From Antedon mediterranea (taxonomy: Eukaryota > Animalia > Echinodermata): a DNA stretch of 64,000 bases. The first letter of the stretch is position 1. Every line of letters begins with the position of its first letter. The stretch covers positions 2,170,001 through 2,234,000 of the forward strand of contig NC_092671.1 of NCBI RefSeq assembly GCF_964355755.1. The letters run 5' to 3'. Below, piece after piece: positions 26,187 to 39,600 of this stretch. Position numbers and translations under genes: made by a program. The notes beneath the pieces were generated by a model that did not search any database, was not told the origin of the DNA, and saw only the letters and a list, made by a program, of their open reading frames with translations.

Positions 26187-28665
26187 GTATGTCAATTGTG
26201 CTATAGTAACCAGTTTTGACATAAATGGTTACTATAGCATAATAAACATGAGCAGAGGCGAATAATGGGTTCTGCGCATGTCAATTGTGCTATAGTAACC
26301 AGTTTTATCGAAAAATAAAAAGGTCGAAAATTTGCCCCTTTTTGAAAAATTCCTGTACTATAGTACAGGGAAATTTTCTAAAAATGTTACTATAGCACAA
26401 TTAACATGCGCAGAACCCATTAGTCGACTCTGCGCATGTTTATTATGCTATAGTAACCATTTATGTCAAATATGGTTACTTTTGACATACGGTAAGGGAA
26501 ATTTTTGAAAAATGGCCGATTTTCGACCCTTTTATTTTTTGACATAAATGGTTACTATTGCATAATAAACATGCGCAGAGACGAATAATGGGTTCTGCGC
26601 ATGTCAATTGTGCTATAGTAACCAGTTTTATCGAAAAATAAAAAGGTCGAAAATTTGCCCCTTTTTGAAAAATCCCTGTACTATAGTACAGGGAAATTTT
26701 CTAAAAATGTTACTATAGCACAATTAACATGCGCAGAACCCATTAGTCGACTCTGCGCATGTTTATTATGCTATAGTAACCATTTATGTCAAATATGGTT
26801 ACTTTTGACATACGGTAAGGGAAATTTTTGAAAAATGGCCGATTTTCGACCCTTTTATTTTTTGACATAAATGGTTACTATTGCATAATAAACATGCGCA
26901 GAGACGAATAATGGGTTCTGCGCATGTCAATTGTGCTATAGTAACCAGTTTTATCGAAAAATAAAAAGGTCGAAAATTTGCCCCTTTTTGAAAAATCCCT
27001 GTACTATAGTACAGGGAAATTTTCTAAAAATGTTACTATAGCACAATTAACATGCGCAGAACCCATTAGTCGACTCTGCGCATGTTTATTATGCTATAGT
27101 AACCATTTATGTCAAATATGGTTACTTTTGACATACGGTAAGGGAAATTTTTGAAAAATGGCCGATTTTCGACCCTTTTATTTTTTGACATAAATGGTTA
27201 CTATTGCATAATAAACATGCGCAGAGACGAATAATGGGTTCTGCGCATGTTAATTGTGCTATAGTAACCAGTTTTGACATAAATGGTTACTATAGCATAA
27301 TAAACATGCGCAGAGGCGAATAATGGGTTCTGCGCATGTCAATTGTGCTATAGTAACCAGTTTTATCGAAAAATAAAAAGGTTGAAAATTTGCCATATTT
27401 TGAAAAATCCCTGTACTATAGTACAGGAAAATTTTCGAAAAATTGCCGATTTTCGACCCTTTTATTTTTTGACATAAATGGTTACTATAGCATAATAAAC
27501 ATGCGCAGAGGCGAATAATGGGTTCTGCGCATGTCAATTGTGCTATAGTAACCAGTTTTATCAAAAAATAAAAAGGTCGAAAATTTGCCATTTTTTGAAA
27601 AATCCCTGTACTATAGTACAGGGAAATTTTCGAAAAATGGCCGATTTTCGACCCTTTTATTTTTTGACGTAAATGGTTACTATTGCATAATAAACATGTG
27701 CAGAGTCGAATAATGGGTTCTGCGCATGTCAATTGTGCTATCATAACCATATTCAAAATATTCAATCATTAATGTACAAATCTATCATAGCCCACCATTT
27801 TGACTACTGCAATGTAGTATGGGGTCGTTGTAACCAAACTCAAATATAAACTCCAAGTACTCCAAAATAGAGCGGCTAAAATAATTACACATACATCTAG
27901 GTATGACTCTAGCTCACAGGCGTTCAAAGATTTAAATTGGCCTAATTTAGAAGAAAAACAATATTACAACGAAGCAGTCAGAATGTATAAAATAATGAAT
28001 AACTTGACACCATCCTACTTAAGAAACAGATTCTATGAACGCAAACAAACATATAATACTAGATCAAAAGATATTCTAAGTTTACATAAGGCAAACACTG
28101 AGTATAAAAAGAAAAGTTTCTCGTATTCTGGCGCAAAGCTATGGAATAGTTTAAATGCTATAAACTCAAATGCAATTACAGCTCCTAATATATATAATAT
28201 TTAAAAAAATTATAAATGACCAAAGATAAAATATACTTAAAACTCTATATTTTTCATGAAATCTTTTTTGTTGTTGTTGTTTTTGTACTGTAACTTATAA
28301 CTTGTGTAATAGTATAGCTTTGTAGTAAGTAACGGCCTTGTGAAAAACACCAATATGGTGATTCAAGTGTTGCATCCGTTTTTAAATAAAGTTGTTATTA
28401 TTATTATTATTATTATTATATTTGACATAAATGGTTATGATAGCACAATTGAAATGCGCAGAACCCATGATTCGACTCTACGCATGTTCATTATGCTATA
28501 GTAACCATTTATGTCAAAAGTGGTTACTTTTGACATAAATGGTTACTATAGCATAATAAACATGCGCAGAGTCGACTAATGGGTTCTGCGCATGTTAATT
28601 GTGGTATAGTAACCAGTTTTATCGAAAAATAAAAAGATCGAAAATTTGCCATTTTTTTGAAAAAT
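26187..28665. repeat. Complex satellite of hairpin-forming units with a 323-bp higher-order period, interrupted by a LINE
   Basis: Unit ggttactatagca..catgcgcaga....tctgcgcatg..tgctatagtaacc in both orientations; ggccgattttcgaccc at 26514, 26837 and 27160. Confidence 0.9.
27752..28420 (+). mobile_element. 5'-truncated CR1-group (L2/Crack-like) LINE 3' end
   Basis: HFDYCNVVWG...LQVLQNRAAKIIT...LNWPNL...MYKIMNNLTPSYL...KKSFSYSGAKLWNSL; AATAAA followed by a (TTA)n tail. Confidence 0.85.
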
Positions 28666-28824
28666 GTCCATAATGTGACATGTCCATAATGTGACATGTC
28701 CATAATGTGACATGTCCATAATGTGACATGTCCATAATGTGACATGTACATAATGTGACATGTACATAATGTGACATGTCCATAATGTGACATGTCCATA
28801 ATGTGACATGTACATAATCACATA
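28665..28824. repeat. 16-bp minisatellite (tgtccataatgtgaca)n, about 10 copies
   Basis: Direct tandem repetition. Confidence 0.95.
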
Positions 28825-30511
28825 ATTTGGTTTTTGACAAAACCCAAGCAGTATTTTACTTTAGACAATAATAACAAAAAGCACAATATATTAATTTATC
28901 ACTATTATAACTATTTATTAGACTCTATCATAAATTACAATTTAAAATTATTCAGTTTGAAAAAGTCTATCTATGAAATAAAGATGTCTACGTTGTATTT
29001 AGTGGCTTCATACTCCAGTACTATGATAATTACATTTAAGATTTTCACAGCAAATATCCAGATACAAGTTTTAAAAACTGATCAACGATTTGAATTGTTT
29101 AGTTTCAAATCAGATAAAAAGGTATAAAAATGTTACAAACGCTTTGGTTTTTAAAGAATTTTAAAATAAATTTTTAAGTAAGAACATGTATATTTTGGTA
29201 TGAATTATCTTTTTATGTACATTTAATTTGTTTGGAAGGATAGTTAACTAATATTTGAGTAAACAACTTAATCTGTGAATTGCCAGCTGTGGAGAATATC
29301 ATATCTGATATCTTAATTAAGCTAGTGTATAGTTATGACACGCCGTGTGTGCCAAAATCTTTATCTTAGTTAGACTATTCTGTAGGTTATATTCACCATT
29401 GAAGACCTATAGATAGTCAACAAAATATTAATTATTGTATTAAAGTAAATAAACAATCAATATCGAAACTTTTATAATTTCAAAAGTGTCTGCATGTAAT
29501 TTGCATATAATTTGTATAAAAGTGTACAATTAATTTATTAATCATCTGAATATATTAATAAATTTACTACATTACTCTATTTTATTCAAAGGTATACTTA
29601 ACACAAGGTTTAAATTAAACATAAATAATCTATAAAATATAATCAAATACTAGAGCTCTAAATATCATTTACTTTCGCCAAAAATGTTCAAGATTTCTTA
29701 ATTTTCGCATAAAATCTAAATCAAACGATTTTTCTTAATTGTATGCAGAAATCGAAAATCTAAACATTTTGTGCAAATTAATTTTTTGGAAATATCATAA
29801 AAAGAAAATAAAAAGCGGTGACAATAATATTAAAGGTTGTATTATTAATTGTTTCAGAAAGAGCTAAGAAAATTGCAATTTTATAAATATTGTTTAAATT
29901 ATTCATTATTAGAATAGTACTAAGTAGAAAACTATATATGCAGAAATAAACCATTATAGACACACACACATTAAAACAAGAAAATCACACTAATTTAAAT
30001 AAGATATGTAGCATTGAGCGAGTACTGCAAAGTTTTTACATCAAAATCTATATTATAAAATACTACAAATCAACTTACACTAAAACCTACTGTCCGAATT
30101 TCAGTACTTTTGTACAATTATTATTTAATGTTTAAAAAATACAAGATTTGTAAAATGTAACAATTAAAATGTTGTAAAATATATGTTTACTATTTTAAAA
30201 CATAACATTTTTGATTAATTTAATCAGTAAACTGAATAATTACTTCTTGCAGCGCCCCCAAACACCTAGAATTTTGCACTATTTATAAAAGTGATTATCA
30301 TAATTAAAATTAAGACAACAACGTGAAGGCATAGATTTACGTCACTAAAGAAAAAATTAATTACAAAAATGTATAGCCTTATGCGTGATTCTAAATATGT
30401 CAAATTAAGTTTTGCTGAAACTAGAAAATATCAACTTTCTTTTTAAGTATCTCAAATAGACTTGCTTAGAAAATACCCATTTTCTTTTTAAGTATCTCAA
30501 AATAGACTTGC

Positions 30512-30625
30512 TTAGAAAATACCCACTTTCTTTTTCAAATTGGCCTGTTTCCATTTTGGTATTCCCTTGAATTGTTTGTAGTCCATACCAAAGTTAGCCT
30601 TGAAGTCTGCATCCGATAAATACAG
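30512..30625 (-). CDS. VIL1/AVIL-like: villin last exon (headpiece): [37 protein letters not shown]
   Basis: tatag acceptor; headpiece F..FGM....F..P.WKQ..LKK..G.F; TAA at 30512-30514. Confidence 0.97.
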   Translation of the reverse strand: MYLSDADFKANFGMDYKQFKGIPKWKQANLKKKVGIF

Positions 30626-33600
30626 CTATAACCAAAAACACAAAATTAATAATATATATTAAATGCAGAAAAATGAGTAAAGGAAAATCTTGCAACTACA
30701 AGATTTCTTTTGGGAAAAGTTCAGTCTATTTTTTACAAATGCTCTCAAAACAGAACTCTCTAAGAAAAGGAAAAGATTTTACTTTGATTTTAATCCTTTA
30801 GTTTGACATAATGGTAAACAAAATTTGTTACTGTGTCTAAGATTGAACCCAACATTTTGGTAAAAAATGATTAAGTCTATGATTTCCATTCTTTAATTTC
30901 TGGAAATATTGCCTGCACAGCCAGTTGAATATTTCCATAACAAGGATTTATGCCAATATTCCAGATTGTCTCTTTCCGTGTATAGCATAGCATTCTTAAA
31001 TTGTAATTGTATAGTTCTTTTACCTCTTTCTTTGTTGGATCAACTCCGTCTGGTAATTCTTCTAGTTTCAATTGTTCTAATGGATAGTTATCTACTAAAC
31101 TTGGGTCATCCTCTTGTGGCTCAATTTTGAAATCAGCCTAAAGAAATCAAATATTCAATCAATTTATTTTCTCATTCCTGGTTACTTATTTATTATCGCT
31201 CACCAATCATGGAGTACTGTCGAACAAAATACAACTGTAAACAAAAGTTGACTAAGGTGTTTTGATATGCATCACTGAACAGACCAAACCAGTCATGGAT
31301 GTACAGTATTCAAATTAACTGTACAAAAGGTCGTTGACCAGATGTTGAAAATGCGATTAACAAAGTCAAACAAATAAGCAATAACAACTTTTTGAATTAT
31401 CTAATTTTTTAAAGATGTTTTGACCAAACCGTAATTTATACCTGTAATAAAAATTCTCCACCACCTCAACCTCTCCCTCAAACCTCCAAAAAAGTTTTTT
31501 TTATCATCGATTAAATTAAGACTAACAAATATTCTTAGCCTTAATAATGCAATTTAAAATGATAATGAAATGGTTGATTAATGGTTAATTAATGATTTAT
31601 GAAATCTATTTCACAGTTTACTAGCACACAATAACAGTATTATCTTGTATTATAAGTAAATCATAATAATCCCATTTATTCATGCAAATACAAAAATACA
31701 TAATATTAATAAGAAAAACTAAAGAGACAGACAGACAGGCTGACAGAGAGTAATAAACACTAACGCTTGGTTCCCACTAGGATGCAACATAAGTGATTTG
31801 AACAATCATGATGTGATGAGTTATCCAAATTGTCGCTTGTGATTGGTCAACTTACTTGCGTTGAGATCGAGTGGGAACAAAGCTTAAAACTTGTTTCTAA
31901 GCACACATTAAAACCAAATAAAAATTAGCAATTTCAGGAATGCTTAATAGCTGATGGTATTGTTTTTAACCAGTATTGGACTAGAACACCGGAAAAAAAT
32001 GGAAATCATAAGCAGGCACCAATAAAGCTCCCACTAGGATGCAAGGCAAGGAAGTTATTTGACCAATCACAAGTGATGAATTATTTGGACTGTCACTTGT
32101 CATTGTTCAACTCACATCTTCGCATTACCTCTCTAGTGCGAACCAACCCTTAGCTATAGTTTATGTACCCACCAACACACCAAACCGTGTTTACTTTAAA
32201 CTCATTATTGCCATTTAAAAGTGTTCATTATTATCAACACTGCAAACTTGTGTTAGATCCAAATCGTGCAAAACATTAGATATAAAGTGTAGTAAGGGTT
32301 AGGAGGGCTAGAGAACACAATGGGGTTTTAAATGTAAACATTATATCATACCTCAGTCTAAATCAGGATAATTACCAGCAAACATTGACAATGAAATCAG
32401 GGGTGAAGCAAATAAAAATGGTTAAGAATTGAGCAAGATTACCTCAAGTTGTCAATAACAAAACATTCAAAATCATAAAATAAAATGTTTTAATCAAAAG
32501 TAAAACAAAAATAACATATTAATATAAAATATTAAAAAATCAACAGCATAAAACAAATAAAAAATGGAAGTACTCTATTGTCAAGATGTGAAACACATTC
32601 TAAAATGCAAAATCCAAACATAACAAAAAATGATTATGATATAATGGATGACTATCGATTTATGACCTAGGCTCTACAACCTACGCATATTGTGTTGTTG
32701 GTTATTAATGTCCAGGCACAGAATACACAACAACTGTGTTGAGAAATCAAGTGAGAAAGCATGCTGCATTGTGGCTACATGCCTAGATGTGACTAGTGCT
32801 CAGCCTAGACGTGACTAGTGCGCAGCCTAGACGTGACTAGTGCTCAGCCTAGACATGACTAGGGCCTAGCCAAACGTGACTAGTGCCTAGCCTAGACGTG
32901 ACTAGTGCCCAGCCAAAACATGACTAGTGCTCAGCCTAGACATGACTAGTGCCCAGCCTAGACATGACTAGTGCCCAGCCAAAACATGACTAGTGCCCAG
33001 CCTAGATGTGACTAGTACTTAGCCAAAACGCGACTAGTGCTCAGCCTAGACGTGACTAGTGCCTAGCCTAGACATGACTAGTGCCTAGCCAAAACGTGAC
33101 TAGTGCCTAGCCACAACGTGACTCGTGCACAGCCTAGATGTGACTAGTGCCCAGCCTAGACGTGACCAGTGCCCAGCCTAGACGTGCCCAGCCTAGATGT
33201 GACTAGTTCTCTTTTGTGTGGACAGTAAATTAAAATATTATATCATTTTGATAGTTTCTGATTATCACCTCTTTTATGATATGCATATACTTACAAGTTT
33301 GGTAATGGTAACACCAGAGTTCTCTTGATTAAGTTGTTTTACTTTCTCCTCTAGAGATACCGATCCCTGGTAATGTAAAAAGAAATTAGTTAACAACATC
33401 TTGTTTATAAAAATGAAAGAAATACATGAAACCAAAATATGTTTTATGACAAAATAGCAGAATACATAGACAAATATCTTCTTAAGTTACATATAAAATA
33501 GATCTTATGAAATCTTCTTTCACACAAACCAGAAAATTGGCATTTGGTAACTGTTAGTATTTATGTCATTATTTGTCATGAAACAATAGAAAAACAACAA

Positions 33601-36600
33601 AAGTTATTAACATATTTGCAAAACACTCACCGCAAATAGATTATCATCCCAGGCCATAAAGTGACCTGTGAAATTGATTGGTTCATAGCCTTGTTTAACG
33701 GTAATCAACATGACAGAATCGTCTTTACGTCCACTTGGGTCTGTTTGGATGTATTCCCTTGCTGTTTTCATTATTTCTTTCTTTTCTGTTGCATTCGCTC
33801 CTTTTCCAACCCAAATAAAGAGCTGATAAAAAAAGAAATGAATAAATAAAAAATTGAAATTGAGTCAGTATGATGAACAAGTCTTGCAGTTACATATACC
33901 AAAAACCATGGTTCTGGTGGTAGAACAAGTCTTCTCGGATAAAGACTATACACAGTAGGCCTAGCTCATGTGATAGAACCTAGTACATCTTTCGAGATGA
34001 GTAGGGTTACCCCGTTGTACTAGTTCATACACAGCCATTGTCGTGAGTCAGATTAGTGGCCCTGATAAGCTACTGTTAGTACCCTATTTGTAGCGAACTA
34101 ATCCTCACACCATCGTGACTGGATATCATGTTGTGTGCAGCTGTGACTGACACACAATATAATCTAGTTTGTGGATACAATAAGAAAAAGATATACCACA
34201 ACTTTGAGAGCCGTTAATAATGATGAATCTGTATGTAACATAGATACTAAAGAGAAATAATACCTCATCATATGTGTCCAACATCATCACATCATCTTCA
34301 ATTAAATCGTCTTGGACAAAGTTAAAGATCTCTTCAACTTTGAAATTTCCTGATGCATTTGAGCACTGGAACAGTCTAGCTGGGTGGGTTGGCACCTCAT
34401 CCTAAACAATATCATTTACAATAATAAAAAATAAGTTTAAAATATAGCATTTTTATATATTGTAATTATGTAATCGTATGATTGTAAGTTTAATTTAGAA
34501 TGAGTTGTTATTCAAGACACTCTTCTAAAAGCAGACAATTTCAAATTCAGAAGTGGAGATTATAACAGCTAGTTTTCTCTTAACTTTTAACAAACACTAA
34601 CGCCCGTATTCTTAAACCGGACTTTAGTCGTAGTTCGAGCTAAAACTAAAAAAATGACGTCATTTTAATTCATAAACCGAACTTCAACTAACTCACCGAC
34701 TAAATCAGGCCAACCTCGACTAAATCGAGACGGATTTTGATTGATTTTTTTAGTCCTGGAAGGGGCAGGCTAAATGGTCGACTAAATGGTTTTTAAACGA
34801 TGTTTATAAAAAACGTAACAGTCATTGAGTTGTTATATTGGCCAGATATTGAAGAATGAAATATCTATATTTATATTAGCTTAATTAAATATACATTGGT
34901 ATAAGTTATAATAATGAAAATCCTCTTTATTTACAACTGTATACAAACTACATTATTTTCTTCGCGCAAGTCCGACTTGAGCTACGTCACGCCATAGCGA
35001 CAATGGGAGATGCGGCAATTCACCACGCGATGGAATGTTTAGGGGGCCTAGCGCTTTCTTGTCAGGCTATGAAGTGCGTGGTTCGTGGCGAGCATACTTT
35101 GTTGGGGGCCTAGAAAATATAAAAGTTACCGTACCGCCATGGTTCCTAAATATATTTTGAAGATTTTATTTGTTGTTAATCAAATATATACTTCACTGTT
35201 AAATTGATACTGATATTGTTCTAATAATTAACGATTAAAATTATTTTTCATGTATATAGTCCTGATGCGTAAAAAGTGTTGTAAGAAATGGAAAGTGATA
35301 TCAATGCGCAAAATTTCGTCTGCTCCTCAAATACTCTCTTGTCATTGGCCAATGTATAGCCTTTGTTACCCAGACGTGTGCAACTCGACTAAAAGCTCGA
35401 CTTCATTAAGTCGAACTGCAAACTTCGACTACTTCGTTTTTGAATCGAATTTGAAGTAATAGCTCGAACTACGACTTTTTCAAGTCGAACTTCGAACTAC
35501 GACTAAAGTCCGGTTTAAGAATACGGGCGTAAGAAGAATTTTAAAACATAGCTTATTTTATTTCATCTATTCGTCTAAAAAAGGACAGTACAAAGGTACA
35601 ATAAAATAAACGGGTAGACAGGGATAACTAAAAGTAAACTAAATCACTCGAAAACAATATATTTTAAAGACTTACACCAAACACTTTCTCAGAAGCGTAA
35701 GCACTCTTTCCTCCTAGAATATTCCAGAAGGCAGCTGGCTCCTGCCCTTCTGGTACCATAGTGAAATCACCACTAAAAAGAGAAATTCACATGAAATAAA
35801 TGACAATGTTTTCTACAATAACAGATGAATAAAAATTAATTTTTGAAGAAATGCGTTTCATTTTACTTTACAAACATTATTGATACCAATTGCTAAAATT
35901 ATTTAAATGATCTTCAACCACCAAAACAAAATAAACGGGATGAATGATACATGATTTTACTTAATTAAAACAAAAATAAAACCTTACACTGGAGAAATAG
36001 TTTTTGCAATATTCTTAGACAACTGTCGTTCATCTCCGCTTCCTCCCTAAAAAAACAGAAACATTATAATTAAACATACAACAGAGCATCAAAATAACAG
36101 CAATTGTTAAATAAGATATTAAAATAAACAATAAAAAACCTGATAAAATAGGTAAATAAAGACGAGGTAGCCAAATAATGTTGTCTTACCTTTCCACACC
36201 AGAGGAAGACTTGTTTATTACTTTGAACAACAAATATATCATTTGAGTTGAGTGACGAAGCCTTGGCTGGTACCTAAAAAGAGTGATAAACAAACAACTG
36301 CATTGAGTGGCAATGACTAATGTATGTTCACACAGACAGAGTTCTGGTGTATTACCATATGAATCTGATCGCAAGGTAACATAAACCACAGATAAAAAAA
36401 AACGAGGCTTTTCAGCCAATGGAAGTATCATCCTTCATGACATCATCATAGAAAACATTGTGATTGGATACAATGCTCAATTACATCAACGTCTTGCATT
36501 AAAAGGTACACTAGCCCATTTTTCACTGAAATAGTCTGTGTGACCCTTCCAACAATGTATGCTTGTTCAATAATTACAGAACCATATAGTGGACAAGAAA

Positions 36601-39600
36601 TGGCATTATGCAATGCAATAATGATGACATCATAATAATACCTCAACAGCACGAGTGTTGAACTCATTTGTTCCTTTAACTTGGAATACTCGAGTTCCAC
36701 CTGAAAAACTTTTGTCCTTTTCTGAAGAGTTTTTGAAACCACTTGCCTTGCCACCCTAAAACAAAAACAATATTGGTCAAAATAAATGCGAATTAGACTC
36801 ATTTCTTATAGTGTTAGTTGTATTGAGAATATAGATATTGCATAATGGTAAAGCCGGTTTTCTACTAGGACGCAACGCAAGGAAATAAGCCTAATGCAAG
36901 TGAATTGACCAATCACAAGCGAAAATTCAGATAATACATCACTTGTGATTGATAAATTGCTCACGTCGCTTTACGTCCTAGTCATGCGTTGGTAATAAAG
37001 TGAACAACTTGGCTATTTTTATGGCGTTAACTGCTCTACTATTAGTCACATGACACTATCTACTGTGCCATATATATGTTTTTTAACTCTCTTTGCTTCG
37101 TCCTTTGGATGGGATGTAAAGTCATTACTGTGTACATACAGTGAACTTTGTACACTATTCAAAATTAAGGGATCGTCTCTTAGTGAGCTAATCTTGTAGA
37201 TGCTGCACTGTTGCTGTAGAGGGCCTAATCTGAATTTCTTTACTTTCCAGTTAAGGTTGAGGATGATAATAATTACATTTATACATTTACATAAATATTA
37301 ATAGTTGATAGTCATGCCTAAAAACAACTGATGACGACTGAATCATGCTACTAAAGTCATAACATTCCAATTGTACAATAACATAATCCTTAATTAAAAA
37401 AAAAAAAATATTATTACTGTTATTTTTACTAGTAAAAAAAAACACCAAATAATTAAATGATATGTACAGTATGTATACTATCACCCAAACCTAAAAACAA
37501 CCCATGGTTCAACCCAAATCTTTAAATAATCTGATCAGCTCAGATAAAGTATACCACTTTTAATGTTTAATGTAATGATATGTAATTTAAATATTACTAA
37601 TAAACACATTTAAATCATATTTAGATTAGTAGAAAATAATAATAATCAGAAATGAATTACATGCTTCATTAGAATTAGTAAATTAAATCATATTTTTAAA
37701 TTTTTTAAATATAATGTTAACCATATAACATTAAACCATTTAATTTACCTCAATAATCATATCTTCTCTAATATGTTTAGCAAAAATTAAATTTATTAAA
37801 AAAATTTATAATATGTTTCAATCATTTTTTTCTTATTCTAGGATATACATTTTGAAATAACCTTCTAGAAATTAATTAATCAGATAATATCAAAGTTATG
37901 ATTATTATCAAAGAAAAATTTGGATTGAAATTGTACAATGTATCATGGGAAGTTCTAACACACAAACAATTCTAGGAGCAATCGGTATGAAATAACAAAC
38001 CATAAAACCACTATTTCTATATCAAACTTGTTAGTGGTGTTTGTGGAAAGGGCAAGTTGAAAAAAGGGTAGTAGCAGAAGGGAAAGTTAAAGAAAGAAGA
38101 CATTATATAAAGGGAAAGGTAAAGAAAGAAAAACTTTTAAAAAGGAAAGTTAAAGAAAAGAGAAGTTATAGAAAGGAGAAGATACAGAAAGGAGAAGATA
38201 CAGAAAGGAGAAGTTACAGAAAGGAGAAGTTACAGAAAGGAGAAGTTACAGAAAGGAGAAGTTACAGAAAGGAGAAGTTACAGAAAGGAGAAGTTACAGA
38301 AAGGAGAAGTTACAGAAAGGAGAAGTTATAGAAAGGAGAAGTTACAGAAAGGAGAAGTTACAGAAAGGAGAAGTTACAGAAAGGAGAAGTTACAGAAAGG
38401 AGAAGATACAGAAAGGAGAAGATACAGAAAGGAGAAGATACAGAAAGGAGAAGTTACAGAAAGGAGAAGTTACAGAAAGGAGAAGTTACAGAAAGGAGAA
38501 GTTACAGAAAGGAGAAGTTACAGAAAGGAGAAGTTACAGAAAGGAGAAGTTACAGAAAGAAGAAGTTACAGAAAGGAGAAGTTACAGAAAGGAGAAGTTA
38601 CAGAAAGGAGAAGTTATAGAAAGGAGAAGTTACAGAAAGGAGAAGTTACAGAAAGGAGAAGTTACAGAAAGGAGAAGTTACAGAAAAGAGAAGTTATAGA
38701 AAGGAGAAGATACAGAAAGGAGAAGTTACAGAAAGGAGAAGTTACAGAAAGGAGAAGTTATAGAAAGGAGAAGTTACAGAAAGGAGAAGTTACAGAAAGG
38801 AGAAGTTACAGAAAGGAGAAGTTACAGAAAGGAGAAGTTATAGAAAGGAGAAGTTACAGAAAGGAGAAGTTACAGAAAGGAGAAGTTACAGAAAGGAGAA
38901 GTTACAGAAAGTAAAGGTTATATAGAAAGAAAAAGTTATAGAAGGGAAAAAAATACAGGGATAGTTGAAGAAAGAGAAGGTTGCAAAAGGGTGTAGTGAA
39001 ACAGTAGTGACAGAAAGTAAGTGCAGAAAAGAGTTGCAGAAAGAAGGAGAGAAGAAGTACCTTATGTATGATAAGTTTACCCTTGAATAGAGAACAGAAA
39101 TGTGGAGGTTCTTTACCCATCTGGCATCGAACCTAGAAAATTTAATTTCTGAATGATAAGAAAAAGATCAAAATAAGAAAATGCTGCACGAATCTGTGAA
39201 TGGTGAACAGAAACCGTATCTTGTAAAAATAGTTTTGATTTTAATCGAGAAAATTATATCGGGCTGTTTGAATTATGGTATTTATTTGGAATGAGAAAAG
39301 ATTTTTTAACGGACAGAATTAAACTGCAAAGAAATTAAGCAGTACTGTAGCCTATTGTAAGATTAAACAAGACAAAGCTTCTAATCACCATTACAGAGGG
39401 CAGCAGACAAGTGACAGCAGACGCCTTACCTTGTGGATGACTAACTTTCCTTTGAAGATTTGTAAGAAATGATTTGGTTCTTTACCTTGTACTACACGGA
39501 TCTAAATAACATGCAAGCACGCACGGCAAAAAACATCGAACATTATTTGGGTATCAAGTTCGAAAACATATAGATGAAGAGAATATAATATTGATACATA

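Noticed and set aside
30466-30514. Stop-codon readthrough into the duplicated villin tail
   Set aside because: The first copy is 46 nt, and in-frame readthrough hits TGA after four codons.
31971-31980. 10-nt exon TCCAATACTG in villin intron 20
   Set aside because: Reasonable acceptor, but a weak donor (gttaaa) and a frameshifting length in a phase-0 intron.
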